Shown: positions 44,542 to 54,866, numbered from the stretch's first letter. The stretch is DNA of 64,000 nucleotides from Dehalococcoidia bacterium (GCA_034422875.1 DAOUJI010000107.1:6260-70259); one strand, 5' to 3'. A program made the numbers and translations. The notes: a model not told the origin generated them from the sequence alone.

Positions 44542-45012
44542 TTACTCTACGACTTGTATATCCAAGCTGATGAGAATCTTGCGAATCGTTTCGGGATGGG
44601 GAAGGTCCTTAAGAATCACCCCTTTGCTAACATTGTGCAAACTGACTCCAATGGGATGGCCAGGATTAAGAGAATAGTCTATGATTCGGTCGTCATCCAA
44701 CTCCTCTGCATAGCCAGCCGTCCCCGACTCGAATTCAATCAACACAGAATCAATCTCGTCGCTCTTCATTATCGTTATCATCGCTACCTTCTTGGTGTGT
44801 CTGAGAGTGTGTGTGTATACGTCTCTGATGCGTCTATCACCATCTGTTTGAATTTTCACTACCCGACCGTCTGGGAGTCGACCACGGTATATCATTGTAC
44901 TGTCGGACCCATATGACGGATTCCAGTGACTTAGACCGTACTCCATTTGGTCTCTTGTAATGCCAAACTTATCCATCCGCCTCTGGATATACTCATTGAT
45001 CTCTACCGCCAA
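44542..45012 (-). CDS. fusion protein: DUF4258-like N-terminal half plus DUF2283 C-terminal half
   Basis: The C-terminal half (MKSDEIDSVLIEFESGTAGYAEELDDDRIIDYSLNPGHPIGVSLHNVSKG) fits DUF2283. The N-terminal half (YIQRRMDKFGITRDQMEYGL...GRVVKI) is weakly DUF4258-like. Confidence 0.5.
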   Translation of the reverse strand: MAVEINEYIQRRMDKFGITRDQMEYGLSHWNPSYGSDSTMIYRGRLPDGRVVKIQTDGDRRIRDVYTHTLRHTKKVAMITIMKSDEIDSVLIEFESGTAGYAEELDDDRIIDYSLNPGHPIGVSLHNVSKGVILKDLPHPETIRKILISLDIQVVE

Positions 45013-45162
45013 CGGACATTCACCACTTCACCAAGAATGATATCGTTACCCCAGCTTTTAATCTCTCCCCCTTTCTCAGTGGCAGTTCAAAAAGTGCTAT
45101 ACCCCGCTGACACAGAGTGTGGTTCAGGTTGAATCCGACGCCAGCACAGCCAGTTTTCGATG

Positions 45163-45465
45163 TTAGGCAGTCTTTTTGCCGCTACCCCATCGGGCACGAG
45201 CCGCATTACGGGCTATGTCGGAGCGTTGCTGAGGAGTCAGGGATTTGGCGCGGGCCTTGCCACCAACTAGACCGCCGTCACGCCGCTTAGAGGGTGTATC
45301 CTCTTTCAATTCACCGGTTGCTATCTTCGCCACCTTAACGGCGGCTCCTACGGTGTCTGCTGAGCGTCTCTCTCCTTGCGGTCCTCTGACCATGCCGGTT
45401 CCCTCCTTACCCAATGGACAACTGGCGACCTGTAGCAGCTCGGTATCGCCATTGCCATTTGTCAA
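45163..45465 (-). CDS. small basic hypothetical protein
   Basis: The C-terminal GGKARAKSLTPQQRSDIARNAARARW motif recurs in small mobile-element-associated proteins as I remember them. Start uncertain. Confidence 0.4.
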   Translation of the reverse strand: MTNGNGDTELLQVASCPLGKEGTGMVRGPQGERRSADTVGAAVKVAKIATGELKEDTPSKRRDGGLVGGKARAKSLTPQQRSDIARNAARARWGSGKKTA

Positions 45466-45649
45466 ATTTACGCCTTTGTCTATACTTCGTCAAGAGTTTT
45501 CGATTAGGCCGAATCTAAGACTTCGACCAAAACCATTGCTAATCTCCAAGTCCGTCAAACTGAGACACTATCCGACACCGGATTGCTCGTTGAAGGCGAC
45601 CACCTGGCCGTCTTGTGTCCCAATGCTATAATCCACTCGGAACGCAGAT

Positions 45650-46363
45650 ATGGAAATGCTTGAAACCGGGTTCAACCGCCTTGGGTTGGACCTCTCCCCC
45701 GGCGCAGCGAGTCAATTCGAGACCTACCACCGCCAGCTGGTGGAATGGAATTCCCACGTCAACCTGACCGCCATCACCGACTGCCGGGAGGTCCAGGCCA
45801 AACATTTCCTGGACTCTCTCACCGTTTCAGCAGCCCTCAGCGACACCGTGAAGAAGTCGGGGCGCTTGGTGGACGTGGGGTCTGGCGCCGGTTTCCCCGG
45901 GGTCCCCTTGAAGCTGGCCTACCCCGGAATGCATGTGACCACGGTGGAGTCATCGGTCAGGAAGAGCGCATTCATATCCCACATCGTGGAAGTCCTGGGT
46001 GCCGAGGATGTACAGGTATGCGCCCGGCGGGCCGAACTGGCAGCCCGTGAACCCTGCTACAGGGAGACCTTCGACGTGGCCGTCAGCCGGGGAGTGGCCT
46101 CCCTGCGGGTTGTGTCAGAGTTGTGCCTTCCCTTTTGCAAGTTGGGCGGCGTGACCATTGGCATGAAAAAGGGCGACATTAGCCAGGAAGTGGAAGACGC
46201 CGCCAACGCCATCGACCTGCTGGGAGGCCGCCTGAGGGATGTCCTGCCGGTGGAAGCGCCGGGACTGGAGGACGATCGAGTTCTGGTGGTAATCGACAAG
46301 GTGAAGCCCACCCCTGAGAAGTATCCCCGCAGGCCAGGGATGCCCAGGAAACGCCCTCTCTAA
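45650..46363 (+). CDS. rsmG: 16S rRNA (guanine527-N7)-methyltransferase
   Basis: LVEWNSHVNLTAI and DVGSGAGFPGVPLK motifs. Confidence 0.9.
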   Translation: MEMLETGFNRLGLDLSPGAASQFETYHRQLVEWNSHVNLTAITDCREVQAKHFLDSLTVSAALSDTVKKSGRLVDVGSGAGFPGVPLKLAYPGMHVTTVESSVRKSAFISHIVEVLGAEDVQVCARRAELAAREPCYRETFDVAVSRGVASLRVVSELCLPFCKLGGVTIGMKKGDISQEVEDAANAIDLLGGRLRDVLPVEAPGLEDDRVLVVIDKVKPTPEKYPRRPGMPRKRPL

Positions 46364-46376
46364 TCCCCGATACGAC

Positions 46377-47438
46377 ATGTCGCTGCTTCAACCCAACCGC
46401 CAGCCCGTCAGCCTGACCAGACGGCTGTTGTCGCCAGCAGCCGTGGTTTCGTTTGCCGTGGCCGGGGCGTTCATATTTTTCCTGGTCGCCGGTTTAGACA
46501 TCGACCTGGACACTGCCTGGGACAGCTTGAAGTCCAGCGACCTGATTCTTTTCGTTGGAGCGATCCTGGTCCACTATACGACTTTCTTGTTTCGCGGCGC
46601 CCGCTGGAAGCTCCTCCTGGAGAACGCCCAAACCAGTGACGAACCGCACAAGCCCGGAGTTCTCCATTGCGGACATTTGCTGCTTTTAGGTTGGTTCGTC
46701 AACTCGATCACCTGGTTCCGACTGGGTGACGCCTTCCGGGCCTACGCCTACTCGGAAGACACGGGCTCCGGTTTCCCTCACACCATCGGCACGATATTGG
46801 CGGAACGCTTCCTGGACATGATCCTGGTGCTGGCGCTGTTGCTATTGGCCACGGCAATACTGGTGGTTACCGGCGCCGGGACTTCCTGGGTGTTCGTCGG
46901 CCTGGCGGCCGTGATGGCGGCGCTCATCGGAGGAATTCTCGCCGGGATGGGTTTCTTCAGGGAACGTTTGCTCAAGATATTGCCAAACAAAGTGCAAGGG
47001 CATTATCGACGGTTTAACGACGGCGCAATGGGCAGCTTCGGAAGGCTCCACCTGGCCACAGCCTTGGGTCTGCTGGGGTGGGCCTCCGAGATGGGACGCC
47101 TGATGCTGGTGACCGAAGCCCTCGACCTCCCCCTGGGAGTCCCACTGGTTATATTCGTCACATTGGCCAATGCTATGCTGACCCTGGCTCCCATCACACC
47201 CGGAGGTCTGGGCGCCGTCGAGTGGGGCGTCACAGGTTTGTTGTTGTTGGGCGACAACATATCCACGGAGACGGCGGCCTTCTCCGTCGTGGCCCTGGAC
47301 AGGTCCATCAGTTGGCTGAGCGTCATAGGGGTAGGCGCATGCGCATTCATCGGCAGAGAGTTGTGGAAGCGGCGCAGGAACGCAGCGGCTGCCGGCGCCC
47401 CGCCTGAGTCGGAACAGGTGTCGGCGGACACTTCATGA
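46377..47438 (+). CDS. flippase-like (UPF0104 / lysylphosphatidylglycerol-synthase TM region) membrane protein
   Basis: Polytopic membrane protein with ITPGGLGAVEWG near the C-terminus. Confidence 0.65.
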   Translation: MSLLQPNRQPVSLTRRLLSPAAVVSFAVAGAFIFFLVAGLDIDLDTAWDSLKSSDLILFVGAILVHYTTFLFRGARWKLLLENAQTSDEPHKPGVLHCGHLLLLGWFVNSITWFRLGDAFRAYAYSEDTGSGFPHTIGTILAERFLDMILVLALLLLATAILVVTGAGTSWVFVGLAAVMAALIGGILAGMGFFRERLLKILPNKVQGHYRRFNDGAMGSFGRLHLATALGLLGWASEMGRLMLVTEALDLPLGVPLVIFVTLANAMLTLAPITPGGLGAVEWGVTGLLLLGDNISTETAAFSVVALDRSISWLSVIGVGACAFIGRELWKRRRNAAAAGAPPESEQVSADTS

Positions 47439-47490
47439 CCAACTTGGCCACGGCGCATCGGTCGGGGTGACGTTCCGGTCCCAAACTATA

Positions 47491-48192
47491 ATGTTGAGCA
47501 AGGCGCTGTTTCTGTCGTTGAGGCCTGGACTGTCTGTTTGGGCTTTGGCTGCGTTGGCCTCGTTGGCAGCTTGCACTTCCTCCGACGCCAGCACACCCAC
47601 TCCCGCCGGGCAAGTCTCCGAGAACCCTACACCCCTCCTCGAACCGACCAACACGCCGCTTCCCACAAATACTCCGGCGCCGGTGGTCTCCCCAAGTCTG
47701 GCCCCCACCATCAAGCTTGCACCGACGGTAGTGGCGACACCGACCAGAGAATCCATTTTGGCCCCTGACGTCCCCACCAACACACCTGTACCTCAACCGA
47801 CGCCTACACCATCCCTAACCCTGCAGGCTCCTCCCGCTCCAATGCGCACATCTACTCCTGTACCTACACCCAAACCGGCGCCTACGGCTACGCTTCAGCC
47901 AACCGCTACTCCTACACCAGCTCCGACGCCATCGCCGACTCCGGACCCCACACCCACGTCTTCACCGACTCTTATTCCGACGCTCACTCCGCGTGACGCA
48001 ACAACCTCTCCCGAGGAAGGCAGGCTTAAATATGACCCGGCGGGGGAAGACCGGAACTGCAGCGACTTCGCTACGTGGAGAGAGGCCCAGGACTTTTTCG
48101 AAGCGGCTGGCGGCCCAGACGAAGACCGTCACCGTTTGGACGGTGATAGAGACGGAATGGCTTGTGAAGGGCTGCCGGGAGCGCCGAGTTGA
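47491..48192 (+). CDS. Excalibur calcium-binding domain lipoprotein with PT-rich linker
   Basis: Lipobox LAACTSS, a long Pro/Thr tract, and C-terminal DRNCSDFATWREAQDFF...DGDRDGMACE (Excalibur). A GTG at 47467 is an alternative start. Confidence 0.75.
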   Translation: MLSKALFLSLRPGLSVWALAALASLAACTSSDASTPTPAGQVSENPTPLLEPTNTPLPTNTPAPVVSPSLAPTIKLAPTVVATPTRESILAPDVPTNTPVPQPTPTPSLTLQAPPAPMRTSTPVPTPKPAPTATLQPTATPTPAPTPSPTPDPTPTSSPTLIPTLTPRDATTSPEEGRLKYDPAGEDRNCSDFATWREAQDFFEAAGGPDEDRHRLDGDRDGMACEGLPGAPS

Positions 48193-48214
48193 TGGGCTGC
48201 TTAAGCGTAGCGTC

Positions 48215-48682
48215 TCACGCCCAAGCAAAACGCCAACTGGGAAGGTCCACCATCCATTCTCCGTCTTCGAGCAGCATGGGGATGATCAGGCCGGACATGG
48301 CCCTGCGGCTTTCGACGACCTGCTGGTCATCTTTGACCCCAAAGGGCAGGAACGCAAAGGCATGGGAGTCGTCGATGTAGCTGGTTGGGGCCACGCCCAG
48401 GTCAGTCAGGTCTTCCAGAGGCCACATCTTGAGCACTGCCTCCCGGAAGTCTTCCATCATCAGCGCAAACATGGGGTGGTTGGCATCGTGGGCGGCCCGG
48501 TAGACAACCTGCATGTCCACTTCGTGCTGGGTGCCCCAGACTCCCTGGCGGACGCCCCGCGATTCCCGCGAAAGCAGGCTCCACGCCGCGGCGATATCGT
48601 CTCTGACCGCTTCCGCAAACCTCCCGGCGCGAATGCCGCACTCGTCCGGTGAGTTGCTGCGCTTGTGTCCAGGTATTCGCAT
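48215..48682 (-). CDS. hypothetical protein
   Basis: ATG at 48682 follows GGAGAGG. No family recognised. Confidence 0.4.
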   Translation of the reverse strand: MRIPGHKRSNSPDECGIRAGRFAEAVRDDIAAAWSLLSRESRGVRQGVWGTQHEVDMQVVYRAAHDANHPMFALMMEDFREAVLKMWPLEDLTDLGVAPTSYIDDSHAFAFLPFGVKDDQQVVESRRAMSGLIIPMLLEDGEWMVDLPSWRFAWA

Positions 48683-48833
48683 CCGATCCTCTCCGCTACG
48701 ACCTGAAGCGGCGCCTAGCTGGTTGGGGCATTGTACCACGGGGCACGGCGCCCACAACCAACGAGCCGCCTCCCAGCCCTTGACACGCGGCCTCCTTTGC
48801 TCTGGAATATATACGGACCTCTTAACCTGCTGA

Positions 48834-51800
48834 ATGAGTCTTACAGGGTTTCTAGACCTATTCCGGGACCACCCGGTTTTCGACAGGCTTGCCCAGGCCC
48901 TCGGCCAGAAGCAAGCCCGTTGCCTGTTGGAAGCGCCTGAGGCGGCCCGGCCTCTAATAGCGGCGACTGTCTGGCGTCATTGCCGCAGACCTGTTCTGGT
49001 AATTTCGCCCCGGCCCGACGAGGCGAGGAAGTTCCACGACAACCTCCAGTTGTATCTGGGAGAAGACGCTCCTGTCCGCCTCTTCCCTGAACCCGACGTC
49101 ATGCCCTTCGAACGGCTTGTGGCAGACGCTGACGCCAACAACCAACGTTTGGCGGCGCTGTCCGAGCTCCATCAGGACGTTGGGTCAATAGAGGCATGTC
49201 CCGTTATCGTGTCGTCCGTTGCAGCCCTGCTGCAAAAGACTCTCCACCCCGAGTCTTTCAGGGCCACGCGCCACACGCTGGAGGTTGGCCAGGAAATACG
49301 TCTGGGCGAGCTCCTGATGCGTTGGGTGGAACTGGGATACCGGCGGGAGAGCAGCGTGGAAATTCCCGGCTCCTTCAGCCACCGGGGTGGCATTCTGGAC
49401 ATCTACTCCCCGGCATCTCCGTTGCCCGCCCGCCTGGAGTTGTGGGGAGAGCGTATAGACAGCATCCGCCTCTTCGATCCCGCGTCCCAGCGTTCTGTGC
49501 GCAGGGTTGAGTCGGTGACCGTGATCCCGGCCAAGGAGACCTTGCCGTCTCTCGCTGACAAGGAACGCGTCTCAGACCTCATCGGAGCGTTGGGGTACGA
49601 TGGCTGCGCTCCCTCGGTTGTCGAGCGGTTTCAGGACGAGCTCACAGCCATCTTTTCGGGACTGGAAGTTGACGAGCTTCCGTTGTACAACGGCTTTCTG
49701 AACCACTCCACGCTGCTGGACCATCTTCCTCCTGAAACCATGCTCATATTCGACGGAAAGACATCTGTCGAGTCCGAGGCCGAGTCCTTAGTCCTCAGGG
49801 CTGAAGAGCTGAGAGCAGCCCGTACGAGCCGCCATGAGCTGCCCGTCAACTTCCCCTCGCCTCAAGCTGACTGGGACAGCCTGTTCCCAATGCGCAGCGC
49901 AGGGCCCACCCTGGAGCTGGACGGCTGGACATCAGGCGACGACGGCCTGGACTTACGGCCAGCCCCATCCTATTTCGGACGGCAGGGAGAATTCGCCCAA
50001 GACCTGAAATCGGCTCTCGCGGCCGGGAAGCGAATCGCTGTCGTGAGCCGGAATGCCCGCCGCCTCTCCGAGGCGTTGGGGGACGAAGGTCTGATCGCCT
50101 CCGTATCTTCGGACCTCGATGAACCCCCACGTCCCGGAAGCCTGACGTTGGTCTCTGGCGCGCTGATGGAAGGATGGACCCTTCCCCTGGACGACGGCGA
50201 CCTCACCGTGTTCACCGACTCTGAGATCTTCGGTGTTTCTAAAGAGAGACGCAGGCGCAGAAGGACTCCGGTCCACAGGGGTCACCAATCAGTGGAACTC
50301 ACCCCAGGGGAATTCGTGGTCCATATAGACCACGGCGTAGCGCTCTTTACCGGAACGGTTAGGATGGACCAAGGAAACGACGAGCGAGAATATCTCGCGC
50401 TGGAGTACGCCGAGGGCGACAAGCTCTATGTGCCCACGGAACACCTGGACAGGGTCGCTCCTTACGCGGCGCCCGGGGACCAGAGACCCAATCCCACGCG
50501 GTTGGGGACCGCCGAATGGAGCAGGGTCAAAGAACGGGTCAGGAACTCAACACGGGAGATGGCCAAGGAGTTGCTCAATCTCTACGCATCCCGTCAGGTG
50601 GTTGAGGGCACCACTTTCGGCGGAGACACTCCCTGGCAGCAGGAGCTGGAGGACGCATTCCCCTACGAAGAGACCGCTGACCAGGAACGGACCATCCGGG
50701 AAGTCAAGACAGACATGGAGCAGCCCAGGCCCATGGACAGGCTGGTGTGCGGCGACGTAGGCTACGGCAAGACGGAAGTGGCGTTGAGAGCATCCTTCAA
50801 GACCGCCGCAGACGGCCTTCAGACGGGCATCCTGGTGCCCACGACCGTGCTGGCGCAGCAACACTACGCCACCTTCAAGGAGAGGCTCAGCCCCTTTCCG
50901 ATCAGGGTCGAGGCGCTCAGCCGTTTCCGCACCAAGGCTGAGCAACGGGAAGTCATAGACGGGTTGAAATCCGGCGCGGTGGACATCGTCATCGGCACCC
51001 ACAGACTTCTGCAACGGGACGTGGAATTCAAGGACCTTGGGCTGGTGGTGGTGGATGAGGAACAGCGCTTTGGAGTGGCCCATAAAGAGCGGCTCAAGAG
51101 AATGCGCCAGGAAGTGGACGTTCTGACATTGAGCGCCACACCCATTCCCAGGACCCTGTACATGGGTCTGTCGGGCATCCGGGACATGAGCGCGATGGAG
51201 ACTCCTCCCGAGGAACGACTGCCCGTCAAGACTTACGTCAGCGAATACAGCGACGACCTGGTCAAAGAGGCTGTAGTCAGGGAGTTGGAAAGGGGCGGCC
51301 AGGTCTTCTTCCTCCACAACCGGGTCAAGACCATCCGGCGCAAAGCGGCAGAGCTGGCCCAACTGGTGCCCCAGGCGCGGATAGCCATAGGCCACGGACG
51401 CATGGCCGAGGAGGATCTGGAGGACGTCATGGCCGACTTCTCCGACGGCAACGTGGATGTACTGGTATGCACCACGATCATCGAGTCCGGGCTGGACCTT
51501 CCCAACGCAAATACGCTGATAATCGACCGGGCAGACAGGTTCGGCCTCTCCCAACTCTACCAGCTGCGAGGCAGGGTCGGCCGGGGCGCCAACAGGGCAT
51601 ACTCTTACTTGCTCATCCCCAAGGGTCGCAAAGTCACCGAGGCGGCGTCGAAACGGCTCAAGGCGATTCTGGAAGCGTCGGAGTTGGGAGCGGGATTCAG
51701 GGTCGCCATGAGAGACCTGGAGATCAGAGGCGCCGGAAACATCCTGGGCCCGGAGCAGAGCGGCCAGATTCACGCAGTGGGGTTCGAACTATACACCCAG

Positions 51801-52322
51801 CTTCTCAACGAAGCCGTCACCGAGCTCAAGGGCGAGCAGGGTGCGGCTCCGGAGAGGGAAGCCTTGCCCCCTGCCAGGGTCAGCCTTTCGTTGTCGGCGC
51901 ACGTCGAGGAGAGATACGTCTCCCACCTCCCCACCAGACTGGGCGTATACCAGAAACTAGCCCGCATGACCGAACGGCAACAGGTGGAAGACCTGAAAGA
52001 GGAGATGAAGGACAGATTCGGGCCGCTGCCGGAGGCCGCTGAGAATCTCTTGTACCTGGTGGACTTGAAGATACTCGCAGGCGAGGCCGGAGTCGAGTCA
52101 ATCACACAGTCAGGGAGTTCCGTGACCTTGGCCCTAAAAGAAAGCGCGGGAGGAGCAAGGCTGGCTTTGGAAAAAGCCTTGGGCCCCCACAGTCGAGTAG
52201 GCAACCAACAGGTCCACGTCCGGCTGACGGGTTCGGATGAGCAATGGCGGCAGACTTTGAAGGAAACTGTGGAGCGTCTGAAGGAGTTTGGCGCCCAGAT
52301 GGCTGCGCTGGCTGTGGGCTAG
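48834..52322 (+). CDS. mfd: transcription-repair coupling factor
   Basis: 1162 aa. It has a CarD-like segment (GEFVVHIDHGVALF), helicase motifs (GDVGYGKTEVA, DEEQRFG) and a TRG motif region. Confidence 0.95.
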   Translation: MSLTGFLDLFRDHPVFDRLAQALGQKQARCLLEAPEAARPLIAATVWRHCRRPVLVISPRPDEARKFHDNLQLYLGEDAPVRLFPEPDVMPFERLVADADANNQRLAALSELHQDVGSIEACPVIVSSVAALLQKTLHPESFRATRHTLEVGQEIRLGELLMRWVELGYRRESSVEIPGSFSHRGGILDIYSPASPLPARLELWGERIDSIRLFDPASQRSVRRVESVTVIPAKETLPSLADKERVSDLIGALGYDGCAPSVVERFQDELTAIFSGLEVDELPLYNGFLNHSTLLDHLPPETMLIFDGKTSVESEAESLVLRAEELRAARTSRHELPVNFPSPQADWDSLFPMRSAGPTLELDGWTSGDDGLDLRPAPSYFGRQGEFAQDLKSALAAGKRIAVVSRNARRLSEALGDEGLIASVSSDLDEPPRPGSLTLVSGALMEGWTLPLDDGDLTVFTDSEIFGVSKERRRRRRTPVHRGHQSVELTPGEFVVHIDHGVALFTGTVRMDQGNDEREYLALEYAEGDKLYVPTEHLDRVAPYAAPGDQRPNPTRLGTAEWSRVKERVRNSTREMAKELLNLYASRQVVEGTTFGGDTPWQQELEDAFPYEETADQERTIREVKTDMEQPRPMDRLVCGDVGYGKTEVALRASFKTAADGLQTGILVPTTVLAQQHYATFKERLSPFPIRVEALSRFRTKAEQREVIDGLKSGAVDIVIGTHRLLQRDVEFKDLGLVVVDEEQRFGVAHKERLKRMRQEVDVLTLSATPIPRTLYMGLSGIRDMSAMETPPEERLPVKTYVSEYSDDLVKEAVVRELERGGQVFFLHNRVKTIRRKAAELAQLVPQARIAIGHGRMAEEDLEDVMADFSDGNVDVLVCTTIIESGLDLPNANTLIIDRADRFGLSQLYQLRGRVGRGANRAYSYLLIPKGRKVTEAASKRLKAILEASELGAGFRVAMRDLEIRGAGNILGPEQSGQIHAVGFELYTQLLNEAVTELKGEQGAAPEREALPPARVSLSLSAHVEERYVSHLPTRLGVYQKLARMTERQQVEDLKEEMKDRFGPLPEAAENLLYLVDLKILAGEAGVESITQSGSSVTLALKESAGGARLALEKALGPHSRVGNQQVHVRLTGSDEQWRQTLKETVERLKEFGAQMAALAVG

Positions 52323-52340
52323 TCGGACTGCTCCGGTCAG

Positions 52341-53033
52341 CTACAACAGGTCGTTCAATTCAGGAAGCGATGCGATGCGGGGCACGTCCGTGACCTCGTC
52401 ATGCCAGCCGTCCCTGTCCAGCAACACAGCGCCGATTCCCGCGGCTATTGCGCCCTGAATGTCCGACTGGTACTGGTCCCCCACGTGAAGGGCCTCGGAA
52501 GCAGCGACTCCCGCCTTATCCAAGGCCTCCTGGAAAATGGGAGGATGCGGTTTCGCGAGAGCTTCCTTTTCTGACGAGACTGAAAAGCTGACATACGTGT
52601 CCAGGCCCAACTGCGTCAAGGTCTCTTCAACGTTTCGCAGGTTGGATATCACTCCGATGGTCAAGCCGCGGCGTTTGATGGCCTCAAAGGCAGGAATCAC
52701 GTCATCGTACAGAACGAATTCTTTGGGCACGCCAATGGCCAGATTCCATATCTGGGAAGCCAGGCAGGGTGAGACCTCCACACCGGCTCCGGCGAGAAGG
52801 ATGCGCTCGTATTCGATAAAAAACCGGTCCCTCTCTTCACTGGTCCTGTCGCTGATGTGCTTGACGCTGTTTTCCTTGTTCATGTATTCGTCGGCGTACA
52901 TGTAGCCGCGGCGTATGTTCTCTTTAGGGATGTTGATGCCCAACTCCCTGCTCGAAGCCTGCTGGATTTCTTCCAAAGGCGGAAAGAAGTGGACCAACGT
53001 GTTGTAGAAATCGAAGAATACTGCGCGAACCAT
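52341..53033 (-). CDS. HAD-superfamily hydrolase (haloacid dehalogenase-like DxYxT variant)
   Basis: MVRAVFFDFYNTLV motif I with Tyr at the second-Asp position. C-terminal HVGDQYQSDIQGA. Confidence 0.75.
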   Translation of the reverse strand: MVRAVFFDFYNTLVHFFPPLEEIQQASSRELGINIPKENIRRGYMYADEYMNKENSVKHISDRTSEERDRFFIEYERILLAGAGVEVSPCLASQIWNLAIGVPKEFVLYDDVIPAFEAIKRRGLTIGVISNLRNVEETLTQLGLDTYVSFSVSSEKEALAKPHPPIFQEALDKAGVAASEALHVGDQYQSDIQGAIAAGIGAVLLDRDGWHDEVTDVPRIASLPELNDLL

Positions 53034-53238
53034 TAGCGATTCCGGCTCCAACGGCCTGGCTGCAAAAGCCTCCTTGAGGCTCAGACCCCTGTCAGGCAGC
53101 CAATTGTATCATAGGGCCTACCCATTGTGAATCATTTTACAATCCGCACACCGCTGCGGGCGGAGAGACAAAAGACCCATGATATAATTTAACCCTGTGT
53201 CTCTGCCGTTGTACAACTCTCAAGGAGGCCCGCATACT

Positions 53239-54468
53239 ATGGGCGCCCGCCAACGCCCGGCTTCCTCCACCCCTCGGAATCACGACCTCGACACCGAACA
53301 CACAGGCCTCGTCTCGACCGGCCAAGAGGCGGACATCGAGCAGGCATTTCTTTATCCCCGCATCGTGGTAAAGGCGGGCACCGGCATCCTGACAGGGCCG
53401 GAACACCAGCTGGACATTGGGGCGATGGAGCGGCTTGTCGATCAGTTGGCCGTACTCCATAACGCGGGCTCTGAGGTCCTGCTGGTCACGTCGGGCGCCG
53501 TCGCCGCAGGCAGACACGCTCTCAACCGAGGCGAGGAGCGGAGAGACATACCCTTCAGACAGGCCCTTGCAGCGGTTGGGCAAAGCAGGTTGATGGAGGT
53601 GTACCAGCGGCTGTTCGATCAGCACGACATGGTTGTCGCCCAGGTCCTCCTTACCTGGAACGACTTGGCCAACAGGCAGGGGTACCTAAACGTCAGGAAC
53701 ACCGCCCTGGCCCTGCTGGAGGCCGGTGTGACGCCCATCTTCAACGAAAACGACGTAGTTGCCCCAGACGAGATTGGAGAAGTGTTCGGCGACAACGATC
53801 GCCTGTCAGCCCTGATTACCAGCCTGGTGGACGCCGACCTCCTCATCATCCTGACCGACATTGACGGACTTTACACCGCAGACCCGCGAACGGACCCCGA
53901 AGCCCAGCTTATCGAACGGGTGGAAAAAGTGGACGACACCGTCGTGGCGCTGGCAGGTTTCCACAGGAACACATACGCCAGGGGCGGCATGCCCACCAAG
54001 CTGGACGCCGCCAAGCTGGTGACCTCAGCCGGCATACCAACTGTAATATGCAACGGACGTACGCAGGACCCTGTTGTGCGAATCGCCCGGGGAGAGGGAC
54101 TGGGCACCTACTTTGCGCCTACCGCGAACCGGGTGGAGAGCAGAAAGCGCTGGATGCTCAGCGCATTGGCCAACAAGGGCGAAATCGTAGTGGACGCCGG
54201 GGCGGCTTCAGCTCTACGAGAGCAAAGCAGAAGCCTGCTCCCCGCCGGCGTTAGCGGAGTACAGGGAAACTTCCAGCGGGGCGACACTGTATACATCGTC
54301 ACGCCACCCGAAGCGCCAGGACCCTCCAGGGTCGCCTGTGGAATAGCCAATTACGGATCGGCGGACGTGGAGAGAATTAAGGGCATCCGGTCGGACCGGA
54401 TTCAGGAAGTCCTGGGCTACCACTACGGCCAGGAAGTGGTACACAGAAACAATTTGGTCATCCTGTAA
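53239..54468 (+). CDS. proB: glutamate 5-kinase (with PUA domain)
   Basis: IVVKAGTGILT, LLVTSGAVAAG, and C-terminal PUA-like GEIVVDAGA. ATG at 53239 has AAGGAGG 10 nt upstream. Confidence 0.9.
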   Translation: MGARQRPASSTPRNHDLDTEHTGLVSTGQEADIEQAFLYPRIVVKAGTGILTGPEHQLDIGAMERLVDQLAVLHNAGSEVLLVTSGAVAAGRHALNRGEERRDIPFRQALAAVGQSRLMEVYQRLFDQHDMVVAQVLLTWNDLANRQGYLNVRNTALALLEAGVTPIFNENDVVAPDEIGEVFGDNDRLSALITSLVDADLLIILTDIDGLYTADPRTDPEAQLIERVEKVDDTVVALAGFHRNTYARGGMPTKLDAAKLVTSAGIPTVICNGRTQDPVVRIARGEGLGTYFAPTANRVESRKRWMLSALANKGEIVVDAGAASALREQSRSLLPAGVSGVQGNFQRGDTVYIVTPPEAPGPSRVACGIANYGSADVERIKGIRSDRIQEVLGYHYGQEVVHRNNLVIL

Positions 54469-54494
54469 CCGGCTAGATTAGCAAGGGGCCTGGC

Positions 54495-54866
54495 TCAGCT
54501 CCTCTGACCGTTGACGTTCTCCAGATCGAGCAGCCGCTCTACGAACTGACGCACAACCGGACGGTCGACGTCGATCTCAAACTGCTCCATAACTCCGTGG
54601 TAGAAGTTGATATGAAACTTCTCGGCTGCGATGAACCTATCTAGTATAGACTGGTCATTGTATTCAACAGCCAGCTTGCCGACGGCCTCCTTCAAGGCGC
54701 GATGGCTTCCTGCATTCCAACCCCGGCGTATCGCCGCCGCCATCACAGCATGAGAAGCGGCTCCCCATAGTTTTTCTGATCCCTGGAGCTCGTCACCAGC
54801 GTCGAATTCCCGCTCCGCCGCATCCAGGAAGTCCTTGGCCGTCTGTACGTGATCTTCAACCAACAT
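54495..54866 (-). CDS. PaREP1/HEPN-like family protein
   Basis: SEKLWGAASHAVMAAAIRRGW..GSHRAL...V..L and AEKFHINFYHG match my memory of the archaeal PaREP1 family signature. Confidence 0.6.
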   Translation of the reverse strand: MLVEDHVQTAKDFLDAAEREFDAGDELQGSEKLWGAASHAVMAAAIRRGWNAGSHRALKEAVGKLAVEYNDQSILDRFIAAEKFHINFYHGVMEQFEIDVDRPVVRQFVERLLDLENVNGQRS

